IMG/VR virus record: IMGVR_UViG_3300018080_006015
Location: 55,630-119,629 of that record
DNA length: 64,000 nucleotides
Origin: a virus
Strand: one strand, 5' to 3'
Program-made: the position numbers and the translations under genes
Notes under the pieces: generated by a model
What the model saw: the letters and a program-made list of their open reading frames with translations, nothing else
The model's database searches: none
What the model was told of the DNA's origin: nothing
Part shown: piece after piece, positions 1-9,299 of the stretch
Numbering within the stretch: the stretch's first letter is position 1
Layout: each line of letters opens with the position of its first letter

Positions 1-1218
1 GGCTTTTATAATGGCAAAAGTTATTGTTATCAGATTTCTTTTACTGGTGGCAGGAAAATTATAGGAACTCCAAATCATAAATTACTTATATTAGGAAATA
101 ATCTTGGGACTTTTCGATGGGCTCAGTTGGAGGATATAAAGCCTGGCGATTTTGTAGTTGGAAGAATTGGCCTGGGTTGTTTTGGGAATAGTCAAAAACA
201 TTTTTCTACTACATTGGGGAATTTCAAATCTAGTATTTCTGGAGGAAATACAAAAAAGGTTAAATTACCCAATAGAATGAGTAAAAAATTAGCTAGGTTA
301 CTTGGGTATTTGACTTCTGACGGATCTGTATCTGATAATGGTATTCGGTTATCACAGTTGCGTAATAATGTGGTGGATGATTTTATAAATATCATAAAAG
401 ATATATTTGGTATTGAATGTTATGTGTGTCCAGACAATCGTGTGGAAGGATTGGTTTCTGTTCAGGTTAATAGTCGTATTGTTCGTGATTTTGTGCGTTA
501 CTTAGGAATAAACGGTAAAGCTCATGAAAAAACTGTTCCCAGATCTATTTTTAAATGCGCTGGTAGACAGCAAACAGCTGAATTTATTAAGGGATTAACG
601 TTGGATGGATTTGTGTCATGTAAAAAATTAGGTATAATGACATCTTCTAGTAAGCAGTTGTGTGCGGAGATTCAAATTATTTTAGATCAGTTTGGAATTG
701 ATTCTGGTATTGTCAAGGTAAATAAAGAAGGAACAATAAGAGAGTTTCCCGGTGGTAATAAATATGCTACAAAGGATGCGTGGACTGTTTATTGTGGCAT
801 GAATGAATCTCAAAAATTTATAGAAAAGATAGGCTTTGCTGAAGACCGAAAAATAGATGAGGCGACAAAAAAACTTAGAGGACCATCTAGGAAATCTTTG
901 GTAGGTCATATTCCTGATTTGAATGTTAGAAATGTATTTAGAAAGAATATTCTTCCGTCAATAAAATCAAACAAATTGTATGAAATGTTTTATTCAATGA
1001 CATGTTATAATAAACAAGGTATGGATATTACAAGAGATACATTGTTAATGTTATGTGATATGGGTTTAGATGTGTCAAAATATAAATCTGAAATATTTGA
1101 TGAGACTTTTGTTTTTAGAAAAGTTGTTAGCTCTGATTTTGTGTGGGAAAAAGATACGTATGATTTATCAGTTGAACATGGCCGCTCTTATGTTGTTAAT
1201 AATTTTGTATCTCATAAT
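1..1218 (+). mobile_element. Intein with LAGLIDADG (DOD) homing endonuclease; N-terminal start outside the window
   Basis: Block B TPNH; two LAGLIDADG-like helices (LLGYLTSDG, FIKGLTLDG); block F TYDLSV; block G FVSHN ending at 1218, followed by Thr(+1) of TINLP. Confidence 0.92.
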
Positions 1219-1896
1219 ACAATAAATTTGCCGAGAAACACAAAACCACAGGTAATTGCTGATATTTATTGGTATGCGTGGAAAAATAATTTAAAAGGAA
1301 TTACCGTGTATGTAGAGGGAACAAAAGATGGTGTTCTTGTTCCAGATGTTGATGAATGTGGAAGGCCATTGAAGATTATTCCCTCAAATGCTCCTAAAAG
1401 GCCCAAAGAGTTAAATTGTGAAATTCATTACGCAACAATTAAGGGAACAAAATGGGCAATTTTGATAGGATTACTGCATAATTACCCATATGAGATGTTC
1501 ATGGGGAAAGCGGAAAAATTCGATATTCCCAATAAATTCAAGGAAGCAAAAATTGTAAAAATTAAAAAGGGAGTATATAATTTATTAACAAATAGCAATG
1601 AATTGTTGGTAGGTGATATAGTTAAAACATCTGACAATGATGATGGAGCATGGACATCTAGAGTTATGTCCATGGCATTAAGACATGGTATTCCTGTTGA
1701 TTATTTGGCAGATCAATTATCAAAGGATGGTAGTGTTGTAGATATAAATAATGTATTAGCCAGGCTTTTAAGAAGATATATAAAGGTAAGAGATAAGAGT
1801 CGCCAGGAAACATGTCCGCAATGTGGTAGTCCTGAACTTATTTATTCCGAAGGTTGTAAAAAGTGTGGTGGTTGTGGTTGGACAGGATGTGGCTAA
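1..1896 (+). CDS. nrdJ: Class II (B12-dependent) ribonucleotide reductase, 3' part, interrupted by an intein; 5' end lies outside the window
   Basis: The frame is open from base 1 (GFYNGKSY...TPNHKLL). After the intein come the RNR motifs TINLP and AWKNNLKGITVY, a TSCPD-like domain (SMALRHGIP...DQL) and a C-terminal Zn ribbon CPQCG..EGCKKCGGCGWTGCG typical of NrdJ. Confidence 0.88.
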   Translation, partial: GFYNGKSYCYQISFTGGRKIIGTPNHKLLILGNNLGTFRWAQLEDIKPGDFVVGRIGLGCFGNSQKHFSTTLGNFKSSISGGNTKKVKLPNRMSKKLARLLGYLTSDGSVSDNGIRLSQLRNNVVDDFINIIKDIFGIECYVCPDNRVEGLVSVQVNSRIVRDFVRYLGINGKAHEKTVPRSIFKCAGRQQTAEFIKGLTLDGFVSCKKLGIMTSSSKQLCAEIQIILDQFGIDSGIVKVNKEGTIREFPGGNKYATKDAWTVYCGMNESQKFIEKIGFAEDRKIDEATKKLRGPSRKSLVGHIPDLNVRNVFRKNILPSIKSNKLYEMFYSMTCYNKQGMDITRDTLLMLCDMGLDVSKYKSEIFDETFVFRKVVSSDFVWEKDTYDLSVEHGRSYVVNNFVSHNTINLPRNTKPQVIADIYWYAWKNNLKGITVYVEGTKDGVLVPDVDECGRPLKIIPSNAPKRPKELNCEIHYATIKGTKWAILIGLLHNYPYEMFMGKAEKFDIPNKFKEAKIVKIKKGVYNLLTNSNELLVGDIVKTSDNDDGAWTSRVMSMALRHGIPVDYLADQLSKDGSVVDINNVLARLLRRYIKVRDKSRQETCPQCGSPELIYSEGCKKCGGCGWTGCG

Positions 1897-1926
1897 TTTT
1901 TTTGTTAAATAAATAAAAAAAAGTTA

Positions 1927-2301
1927 ATGAAGAGTGTTATATTAGCTAACAGGGATACATGTCGTATTGTCGAAGAGGAGGCAAAATACGAATTTACCAT
2001 ACATATTTTAGAAAGTATGGGTATCCCTGAGGACGTGTTGGAAGAATGTTTTCCAGAAGGTGGTTTTAATGATTTTTCTGTAAATCATAAAATTAAACTT
2101 AGAGATATATTAAGAAAATTTGATATAACTATATTGGGAAATGGTGATGGGGGATTTAAGATATACGTTGATAAAGAGGTTGTGGCTGAATGGAAAAAAA
2201 GTATTTATTATCTAAAAAAAGATATGTCAAAACTTAAACCATCAGACCAATTGTATGTAGAAGTCCATGTCGAATATTGGACTATTTTTGAGGAGGAATA
2301 A
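1927..2301 (+). CDS. Hypothetical protein
   Basis: 124-aa ORF packed between neighbours on the coding strand; no recognisable motif. Confidence 0.7.
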   Translation: MKSVILANRDTCRIVEEEAKYEFTIHILESMGIPEDVLEECFPEGGFNDFSVNHKIKLRDILRKFDITILGNGDGGFKIYVDKEVVAEWKKSIYYLKKDMSKLKPSDQLYVEVHVEYWTIFEEE

Positions 2302-2302
2302 T

Positions 2303-2608
2303 ATGGATAAAGATAATGTAACCGAAGAAACAAAAACAGAAGAGACCGAAACAGAAGCGGTTGTTGAAGAAAAAGCACGATTTGTGTCTAGCGAAGACCT
2401 TGAAAAGATTCGTAATGCTAGAGCAAATCTTGGATTTATGACAATGCAGCTTGAAAAGGTAACTACCGATAAGCGTAGCGCTGAATTGGTATACGAGAAC
2501 CTTATGCTTCGTGTTTATATGAAGTATGGTCTTGGAGAGATGCATTTTGTGAATGAGGAAACTGGTGAAATTCAGGTGCGTAAAGTAGTAGAGGATCAAA
2601 CGGGATAA
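2303..2608 (+). CDS. Hypothetical protein (acidic N-terminus, short coiled coil)
   Basis: AGGAGG at 2291-2296 before ATG 2303 favours this start over 2267. Confidence 0.7.
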   Translation: MDKDNVTEETKTEETETEAVVEEKARFVSSEDLEKIRNARANLGFMTMQLEKVTTDKRSAELVYENLMLRVYMKYGLGEMHFVNEETGEIQVRKVVEDQTG

Positions 2609-2614
2609 TCAATT

Positions 2615-2893
2615 ATGAAGCACACTATAAATGATTTGGCTGATATGGTAGTAGTACGTAATCATTTGCAATTATTGGCAAATGGGCCTCGTGGTGGTCC
2701 CGTAAGTAGAGATGAAGAAAAGGCTATTCGGGAATTTATAGAAAAACTAGATCGCAATATAATTAATTGCGCACTTAGTGATAAGTGTCTTTGTGGCGGA
2801 TCTGGTTGTTGTAAAAAGTCAGCAAAAAAGAAAACAACAAAGAAAACGACTACAAAAGTTGTTAGGAAAAGCCAAGATAACGCCGATGAATAA
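2615..2893 (+). CDS. Hypothetical protein with a Cys cluster and Lys/Thr-rich tail
   Basis: CLCGGSGCC followed by KKSAKKKTTKKTTTK; overlaps the next start by 8 nt. Confidence 0.65.
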   Translation: MKHTINDLADMVVVRNHLQLLANGPRGGPVSRDEEKAIREFIEKLDRNIINCALSDKCLCGGSGCCKKSAKKKTTKKTTTKVVRKSQDNADE

Positions 2894-3677
2894 AGACAGA
2901 TTTGCTGAGAACCAATTTATTGTATTAAAAGACGATAAGTGGTTAGAAAGACAGCGATATGCCGGCTCGGTTGTGGCGAAGTGTTTATATCAAGCAAGAC
3001 AAATGATAGAGCAAAAAACTCCTAATTTGTCATTAAAAGATATTGAGCATGAGTGTGTTAAAATAATAAAAGACAAAGATTGTTATCCTACCTTCTTGAA
3101 TTATAAGGGGTTTCCCGGGGCTATATGTGCGTCTGTTAACAAGCAATTAGTCCACGGGATTCCCTCTAATTATAAATTAAAAAATGGTGATATTGTAAAA
3201 ATTGATATTGGCGCTACTTTTGAAGGTGCTATAGGAGATGCTGCAATAACTGTTATTTATGGCGATCCCATTTTATCTAAACATACAGAAATGATTGAAG
3301 TTTGTAAAAAATCATTATATTTGGCAATATCATCTATTGAAGTTGGAAAAAGGTTGGGCATAATCGGCGAAACTATAGATAAATATGTAAAATCATCGGG
3401 TTTTAAGCTGATAGCCTCATATGGTGGTCATGGAATTTCATACAATACCCCACATGCGCAACCTTTTGTATCGAATCGTGCAAATAAAGATAGTGGCGTT
3501 AGAATACAGCCGGGAATGTCTATTACTATAGAACCAATGGTAACTATTGGTAGTGACAAGACAAAAGTAGAACGAGATGGTTGGACAGTTACTACAAAAG
3601 ATGTATCCTCACATTTTGAGCACTCTTTATTTATACGTGAAGATTCAGTAGAAATTCTTACTAAATTGGAAAATTAA
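2886..3677 (+). CDS. map: Methionine aminopeptidase, type I
   Basis: Metal-site motifs VHGIP, KIDIG...GDAA, YGGHGI...H, TIEPMV, DGWTV, HFEHS. ATG 2886 (MNKDRF) is in frame and more plausible than 2778. Confidence 0.93.
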   Translation: MNKDRFAENQFIVLKDDKWLERQRYAGSVVAKCLYQARQMIEQKTPNLSLKDIEHECVKIIKDKDCYPTFLNYKGFPGAICASVNKQLVHGIPSNYKLKNGDIVKIDIGATFEGAIGDAAITVIYGDPILSKHTEMIEVCKKSLYLAISSIEVGKRLGIIGETIDKYVKSSGFKLIASYGGHGISYNTPHAQPFVSNRANKDSGVRIQPGMSITIEPMVTIGSDKTKVERDGWTVTTKDVSSHFEHSLFIREDSVEILTKLEN

Positions 3678-3678
3678 A

Positions 3679-3855
3679 ATGAGAATAGAATTCGATGAAA
3701 AAGGTAATAATTTTATTGAAATAAGGGAAGTGGGGGAGAATATCGCTGTAATATTATCTTCTCAAGACGGAAATAATATTTCAAAAACAATTGTAAATTC
3801 GGTATATTTAACAAAGGAGCAATTTTCGAATATTATTAAAGAGCTAGGGTTATAA
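3679..3855 (+). CDS. Small hypothetical protein (58 aa; missing from the ORF track)
   Basis: ATG just after the map stop; translates MRIEFDEKGNNFIEIREV...IIKELGL* and fills the gap. Confidence 0.6.
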   Translation: MRIEFDEKGNNFIEIREVGENIAVILSSQDGNNISKTIVNSVYLTKEQFSNIIKELGL

Positions 3856-3870
3856 TCAGATTTTATCTAT

Positions 3871-3899
3871 TTGTCGAGTAGTAATGTTTAAGTTATATT
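3871..3899 (+). promoter_or_regulatory. Sigma70-type promoter candidate
   Basis: TTGTCG-N17-TATATT upstream of the HTH gene; the same -35 hexamer and spacing recur at 54064. Confidence 0.55.
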
Positions 3900-3960
3900 G
3901 TGTTGTAATCGTGTAACTAGTACAAATTATAGGAGAAATTAAAATTGTAGGAGAATATTT

Positions 3961-4296
3961 ATGAAAGCCAGACTAAATAAAGTAAAAGTTGATATTTTAG
4001 TTAATAGAATAAATAGGCGTAAGCTTACAAATAATACTCAGCGCGCATTGTTGTCATTGTTGATTCGTAAGGGACAATGGATGTCAAGAACTACGTTACG
4101 TATGCCAAATGTAGGTTCTCGTATTCGTGATCTGCGAAAATCAGAGTTTGGCGCCTTTAAAGTAGATTGTGTAAATGCAAATAAACTTAGTCGTAAGCGA
4201 GGAAGTAAGATTACGACACGTCCAACTTATTATAGGTTGGATCCTAAATCAATAACACTAAAGGCCTTAAAACGAGCGTTTAAGGGGGTGATATAG
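3961..4296 (+). CDS. Basic winged-HTH-like DNA-binding protein
   Basis: ALLSLL...WMSRTTL..NVGSRIRDLRK...YYRL resembles small phage wHTH proteins; AGGAG RBS upstream. Confidence 0.55.
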   Translation: MKARLNKVKVDILVNRINRRKLTNNTQRALLSLLIRKGQWMSRTTLRMPNVGSRIRDLRKSEFGAFKVDCVNANKLSRKRGSKITTRPTYYRLDPKSITLKALKRAFKGVI

Positions 4297-4331
4297 AGAC
4301 TAAAATTAATATTTAGCAGACCGTTGTGTAT

Positions 4332-4370
4332 AAAACCCGGTGACGATTTCGTCACCGGGTTTTTTGTTTT
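4332..4370 (+). terminator. Rho-independent terminator
   Basis: Perfect inverted repeat AAAACCCGGTGACGA-tt-TCGTCACCGGGTTTT followed by a T tract. Confidence 0.9.
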
Positions 4371-4487
4371 TACACAACCCGTGTTTCCATTATCTAATTA
4401 TTTTTACAGGCATATTTGAGCATACTTGTGAGATCGTACAGAAATACCTGTAATATATGTTTTTTAACAACAAAGTAAAGCTGAAAT

Positions 4488-5057
4488 ATGGGTTATAGTA
4501 GTTATCCAAATAAAGTAGATGGTTCAATTGAGCTTCCACCAACTGTTGACAATGTTACACCTGTTAAAGGCGAAGTTGTTAACAGATTAAGAGATGCCAT
4601 TATTGCTATAGAATCTGAACTTGGTGTGTTGCCTAGTGGGACATATGGTACCGTTAGAGCCAGGTTAGATGCTATGGAGGCTCTATTAAGCTGGTTAATT
4701 AAAAAAGTTACCGGTGGTGGTACGGGTGCAGCTGGTGGAGTTCCAACACATAAAGATAAGGCGCTAAGTCCGTTTGTCACTGCTGGAGATGGTTCTTGGA
4801 CCGGATTGTCATTAACAAAGACTCCTGCAAAAGCGACAAACGGAAATGCCTATGTAACCGTTACCATTAATGGATTATCAAGTGTTGTTGGTAATGGTGC
4901 GATAAATAGAGAGTGTTATTTTTCCGGTGATGGTGGGGCTACGGCAAGAACTTATAAGCAATTACAAGCCGGAGATCGTTTATATTGGAATGGTATTATT
5001 GCTAATATGGAGCTGGATCCTAATGATACAGTAGATTTTCATTATGACGTTGTTTAA
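4488..5057 (+). CDS. Putative virion protein, first gene of the fibre cluster
   Basis: The N-terminus SYPxxxD..LP...NRLRDAIIAIESELG..P.G..TV..RL resembles phage fibre attachment segments. The C-terminal domain is paralogous to ~7831-8145 of the 7717 gene. Confidence 0.6.
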   Translation: MGYSSYPNKVDGSIELPPTVDNVTPVKGEVVNRLRDAIIAIESELGVLPSGTYGTVRARLDAMEALLSWLIKKVTGGGTGAAGGVPTHKDKALSPFVTAGDGSWTGLSLTKTPAKATNGNAYVTVTINGLSSVVGNGAINRECYFSGDGGATARTYKQLQAGDRLYWNGIIANMELDPNDTVDFHYDVV

Positions 5058-5072
5058 TTTAGTAGGGCAAAT

Positions 5073-7658
5073 ATGAGCGGCAAAGTAAATCTAAAACAAC
5101 TATTTCAATCTGATGCGGTTGGAGGCGGAATTATCCATTATGATGGTGATAATTGGGCGTCTTTTAATTCAATGTGCGTATTTGATCATATTGCCGGCCT
5201 CGGGGATGGTTATTGTGATTCAATTGTGTGGATATTTAATGATGATCAACAACCTGTATTAGGTCAGCTTGGGTCTCTAAGTGGTGATGGTTACGATTTT
5301 ATTATTCAAGCACAACCAACTACAGCTCCTGGATCACGGGGTGGTCATTTGGTTTTATCTCCTGGTGTTGGGGATGCATCTAATGGAGAGGTTATTTTTG
5401 TAGTTGGAGCAATTGGTGGACCAGCAGCTGTTGATATGGCCGTTTTAGGTCGTGATGTTGATGGTCCATATTTTGAATTTACAGAAGATGCTGATGTGTG
5501 GCTTGGTCATGGCATAAGAGAATCAGCTGGTAATGGAAGATTATTACATTTTGAAGCGCAAGAGTCTATTTCAGCTTTTTCACGTGGTGGAGAACTAAGG
5601 TTAAGTGGTGGTGTAGGTGAGGCAACCGCAAATTGGCACGGCCCTGTTACAATTTATAGTGGTTCAACTCAGGCGGCATCTTTTGATTATTATCATGCCG
5701 ATATAGATGTTAGGGTTGAGATTGAGCCGGCAGGTCTTGTTGCTACTGGAGAAAGTGCGGTAGATGTAGATTTAAACATTGCTGATGTTGATGATGTTTT
5801 TGCCGTAAGTGCCACATATACTCGTGGGACAACAATAAGTGGAGATAAATTATACGGATGTTACGCGGGTACACCTGGTGATTATTCTGCGGCTGGCGGT
5901 GATAGCAGAGAGGTGAGAGTTGCTGCCTATACAGCTAAAACGCCATTTAATGCTCAGTCAGCTGCAACAATATCAGCATTTTATATTGTTGGAGATTCTT
6001 CTGGTACAAATACTTATGATTATGGATTGTTCTGTCGTGATGAAACTCTTAGAATTGGCACAGAAGCTATTAATGTAAATAACGGCCCTGATATTGAGAT
6101 CATAGCGGGAGATGGAGAAGAAAGTGGAATTACTAATGGCGGTGATATTATTTTAATAGCCGGTGATGGTTATGGAGGTGGAAATGATGGTGTTGTTTAT
6201 ATTCCTGGAAAGCTGACGGTTGACGGTGCTTTAGATCCTATTTCTGTAATTATTCAAGACAAGGTGGCCGGTGATAGTGCATATTTACAAAGTTATGATG
6301 GTTACGCTGTGTCATTCGTTAATCCCGGTGATAATTTTGGCCGAATAAGATACAATGATTTAACGCAGGATTGGGAGTATTCAACGCCAAATACTGCTGG
6401 TTGGCTGTCTATAGGTACTGGTGGTGGTGCTGGAGAATGGACACAATCGGCTAATACTTTATATCCAACAACTGCCACAGTAGATACGTGGCAATTCCAA
6501 GAAGATCCGGCTTTGGGTGGAGTATTAATAACTCAAGAAGACAACACTTTGAGTAGTGGTTCGGGAGAGACTTTTACCATTAGGGCTCAGGCGGCTACTG
6601 GCGGTGGTGGTCGTGGTGGAACATTAGTGTTACAGCAGAGTGCTGGTGCATTTGTTGATGGCAGTGTAGATGTTTGGGATGCGGCTACGCCTACACCAAA
6701 TGTAATAATGAGATGGCTTGATGATGGCCCGTATTGTCATGTTCCAAAATTTGCATTTTTATCTAGCGTAGTTAATCCGACCATTATTCATGAAGCGATT
6801 GCTACTGCGGGGACCGATTTAACCATTCAGGCACAACCATCCGAAGACAATGCTGGTGGAGCATTAATTCTTAACGGTGGTGGTGGAAGTGTAGTTTCTG
6901 GCTCATTTGATGGCGGAAATGTTGAAATAAATGGTGGTGATGCAAATGGAACTGGTGGTAATGGTGGCGATATTCAGTTAACCCCAGGAGGAGGGGGATC
7001 GGCGAGTGGTGATGATGGTGAAGTAATAATGATTTTTGGCTCATCAATTGTAAATACAACCTTTACAACTGACGTTACTGGATATGTTGGCAGTATAGGA
7101 ATTGTATTTTCACAAGCATCTACTAATCCAATAATTACGCAAGATGGGGGTGGTTTAAGCGGCGATCCTGGAGATCCACTGACAATAAAGGCTCAAACAG
7201 GAGCTAGCGATGCACAAGGCGGAGAACTTAGGTTGTTTGGTGGAAATGGCACAACTACATTTGCTGGCGGTGATGTGGTAGTTCACGGCGGTACTTCTTC
7301 ACTTGGTTCTGGGGGAGAGGTACAATTACAAAGCGCAGCAGGTGCGAGCAGAATAAGAGTAGATGATAGTCATTCATATTTGGATGAAGATCTTGAGGTA
7401 ACAGATGATTACGATATTTATCCCACCACTGATGGACAAGGTAGTGTTGGAACAAATGCCAATAGGTTTGGGCTTATACGTGGAGTTACTGTTACTTCTG
7501 GTGACCTGGCGTTTGACGATAGAAAATGCCCAGTGTGTAATCAAGAGTTTCAGGTAGATGACGAGTTAGCATTAAAGGTTATCTGTGTTGAGGATGATGA
7601 TGTAGGACACAGAATTACAAAGACCGTACCAATGCATCAAACATGTTGTAAATCATAA
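5073..7658 (+). CDS. Gly-rich modular fibre-like protein (861 aa) with C-terminal Cys/His finger
   Basis: GKLTVDGALDP module, IQAQ...GGxLxL modules, 4 DGY, C-terminal CPVC...HQTCC. Confidence 0.7.
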   Translation: MSGKVNLKQLFQSDAVGGGIIHYDGDNWASFNSMCVFDHIAGLGDGYCDSIVWIFNDDQQPVLGQLGSLSGDGYDFIIQAQPTTAPGSRGGHLVLSPGVGDASNGEVIFVVGAIGGPAAVDMAVLGRDVDGPYFEFTEDADVWLGHGIRESAGNGRLLHFEAQESISAFSRGGELRLSGGVGEATANWHGPVTIYSGSTQAASFDYYHADIDVRVEIEPAGLVATGESAVDVDLNIADVDDVFAVSATYTRGTTISGDKLYGCYAGTPGDYSAAGGDSREVRVAAYTAKTPFNAQSAATISAFYIVGDSSGTNTYDYGLFCRDETLRIGTEAINVNNGPDIEIIAGDGEESGITNGGDIILIAGDGYGGGNDGVVYIPGKLTVDGALDPISVIIQDKVAGDSAYLQSYDGYAVSFVNPGDNFGRIRYNDLTQDWEYSTPNTAGWLSIGTGGGAGEWTQSANTLYPTTATVDTWQFQEDPALGGVLITQEDNTLSSGSGETFTIRAQAATGGGGRGGTLVLQQSAGAFVDGSVDVWDAATPTPNVIMRWLDDGPYCHVPKFAFLSSVVNPTIIHEAIATAGTDLTIQAQPSEDNAGGALILNGGGGSVVSGSFDGGNVEINGGDANGTGGNGGDIQLTPGGGGSASGDDGEVIMIFGSSIVNTTFTTDVTGYVGSIGIVFSQASTNPIITQDGGGLSGDPGDPLTIKAQTGASDAQGGELRLFGGNGTTTFAGGDVVVHGGTSSLGSGGEVQLQSAAGASRIRVDDSHSYLDEDLEVTDDYDIYPTTDGQGSVGTNANRFGLIRGVTVTSGDLAFDDRKCPVCNQEFQVDDELALKVICVEDDDVGHRITKTVPMHQTCCKS

Positions 7659-7716
7659 ACAACAAAAACAACCAACAAAATAGAGAGTCTGACAATAGAA
7701 ATAACAGGTTAAAATC

Positions 7717-9276
7717 ATGACAAAGGTTGATCTAAAACAATTTGCTCAAAGTGGGGCCGTTGACCAAAACGTTATTCGGTATAATGCAACTACAGGTTTG
7801 TGGGAACCTGGTGTGGCAGCTTTTTCTGGTGGTGGTGGTGCCCCTACAGCAGAAGACAAAAACCTTATACCATTTGCTACCGGACCTGGTAATGGACAAG
7901 ATACCGGAATTGAAATTAGCGAAGAACCAATAGGAGATCGTTATGTTACGGTAATTGTTAATGGTATTTCTTCTAGTATAGGAGATGGATATACCTCGTT
8001 GGACTGTTATTTTTCTATAGATGGTGGTCTTACAGCTTTAAATCTGTCTGCGATCACTACTGGTGCTAGGTTATATTGGAATAGTACGATTGCTGGGTTT
8101 CAGTTGGCTCCCACGGATGTAGTTGATTTAGATTACGATGTGTTAGATGGTTACAGTCCGGGCCCAGGCCCTAGTGGCGATTGTGGTTGGACAGATGATG
8201 GCGCTGTGGTTCGTTTGACAACTATTACTGATTTTGTTGGTGTTGGTACTGTTGCCCCTAATTTGAAGTTTGATGTTGTTGGTGATATTGGCGTTTCTAG
8301 TTCTCTAGTTGTTGGTCCATTAGCCACCGCTGCAACTGTTGGTGAAATTCGATTAAATACTGATAACTGGGTAATGTCTCGTCAAGGCGTATCAGATGTG
8401 GGCGTTGTTGGTTATGATTCTGCAGGAACAATGTCTGTATTAGGTCATAATAATCCTGCCTTAATGCCATCATGGACTGCCGCAATATCAACTAATGGGT
8501 TTGTTGCTGGAAGTGCCGTTCCATATATGGCGGTTACTCCAAATTGGGCCGGAGTAAATGGTGTTTATATTAATTTGGACTCTATTCATTTTGAGGAAAC
8601 AATTACAAATCCAATTATTACGCAGGATGCAACAAATTCAGCTGGGGCTGCGTCATATTTAGAGCTGTCCGCACAAGATAATTCAAATGCCGCTGGAATA
8701 GGTGGAAATTTGTTATTAGAACCAGGTGATGGAACATTAATGAATGGTGGTGTTCATATTGGGTTTAATCACAGCACAACAGATGCAGATATTGGCGTTT
8801 GTATAGGCAGATACGCCAGTGCAGAAAATTATGGCGAAGTTGCACAGTCTAATGGTGTTTGGTCTTCTGCCGGTGAGTCTCAGTCATCTAGTCTGGTTTT
8901 AAGGAATGCGTCTTCCGGAGCCGTAACTGTAGATTTGTTTTTAGATGGTATGGCAGAATATTTTGTTTTAGATACTATTAGTACATATATTTTTGAAATT
9001 AAAGTTGTGGGTTCGTCTCCTTCGTTGTGGCCAAATATAGTATCGGCGGCTTATAAGTTTGAACTATGTGGTCGTAGAGATAATTTTGGAACACAGATTA
9101 TGGGATTAGTCAGTAAGACAATTATTTATGAAGACGAAGTTGGTTGGGATTGTGATATTGACATAGATGATACCGGCGCTGATGAATTAAATATACAATG
9201 TACAGGAATTGCCGGCAGAGATATCTTTTGGACTGCATATGTTAGAGCCACAAAGGTTCAAATTCCACCAATCTAA
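7717..9276 (+). CDS. Modular fibre-like protein (519 aa)
   Basis: N-terminus paralogous to 5073; WTDDGAVVRLTT..D.VGVGT module; C-terminal beta domain shared with 9300 and 19057. Confidence 0.7.
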   Translation: MTKVDLKQFAQSGAVDQNVIRYNATTGLWEPGVAAFSGGGGAPTAEDKNLIPFATGPGNGQDTGIEISEEPIGDRYVTVIVNGISSSIGDGYTSLDCYFSIDGGLTALNLSAITTGARLYWNSTIAGFQLAPTDVVDLDYDVLDGYSPGPGPSGDCGWTDDGAVVRLTTITDFVGVGTVAPNLKFDVVGDIGVSSSLVVGPLATAATVGEIRLNTDNWVMSRQGVSDVGVVGYDSAGTMSVLGHNNPALMPSWTAAISTNGFVAGSAVPYMAVTPNWAGVNGVYINLDSIHFEETITNPIITQDATNSAGAASYLELSAQDNSNAAGIGGNLLLEPGDGTLMNGGVHIGFNHSTTDADIGVCIGRYASAENYGEVAQSNGVWSSAGESQSSSLVLRNASSGAVTVDLFLDGMAEYFVLDTISTYIFEIKVVGSSPSLWPNIVSAAYKFELCGRRDNFGTQIMGLVSKTIIYEDEVGWDCDIDIDDTGADELNIQCTGIAGRDIFWTAYVRATKVQIPPI

Positions 9277-9299
9277 AGCAACAAACAGTAGGCATATAA

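Noticed and set aside
1300-1340. RNR motif reads VYVEGTK rather than the usual VYRDGSR, suggesting possible inactivation
   Set aside because: The surrounding motifs and terminal Cys residues are intact; a single divergence is not enough evidence.
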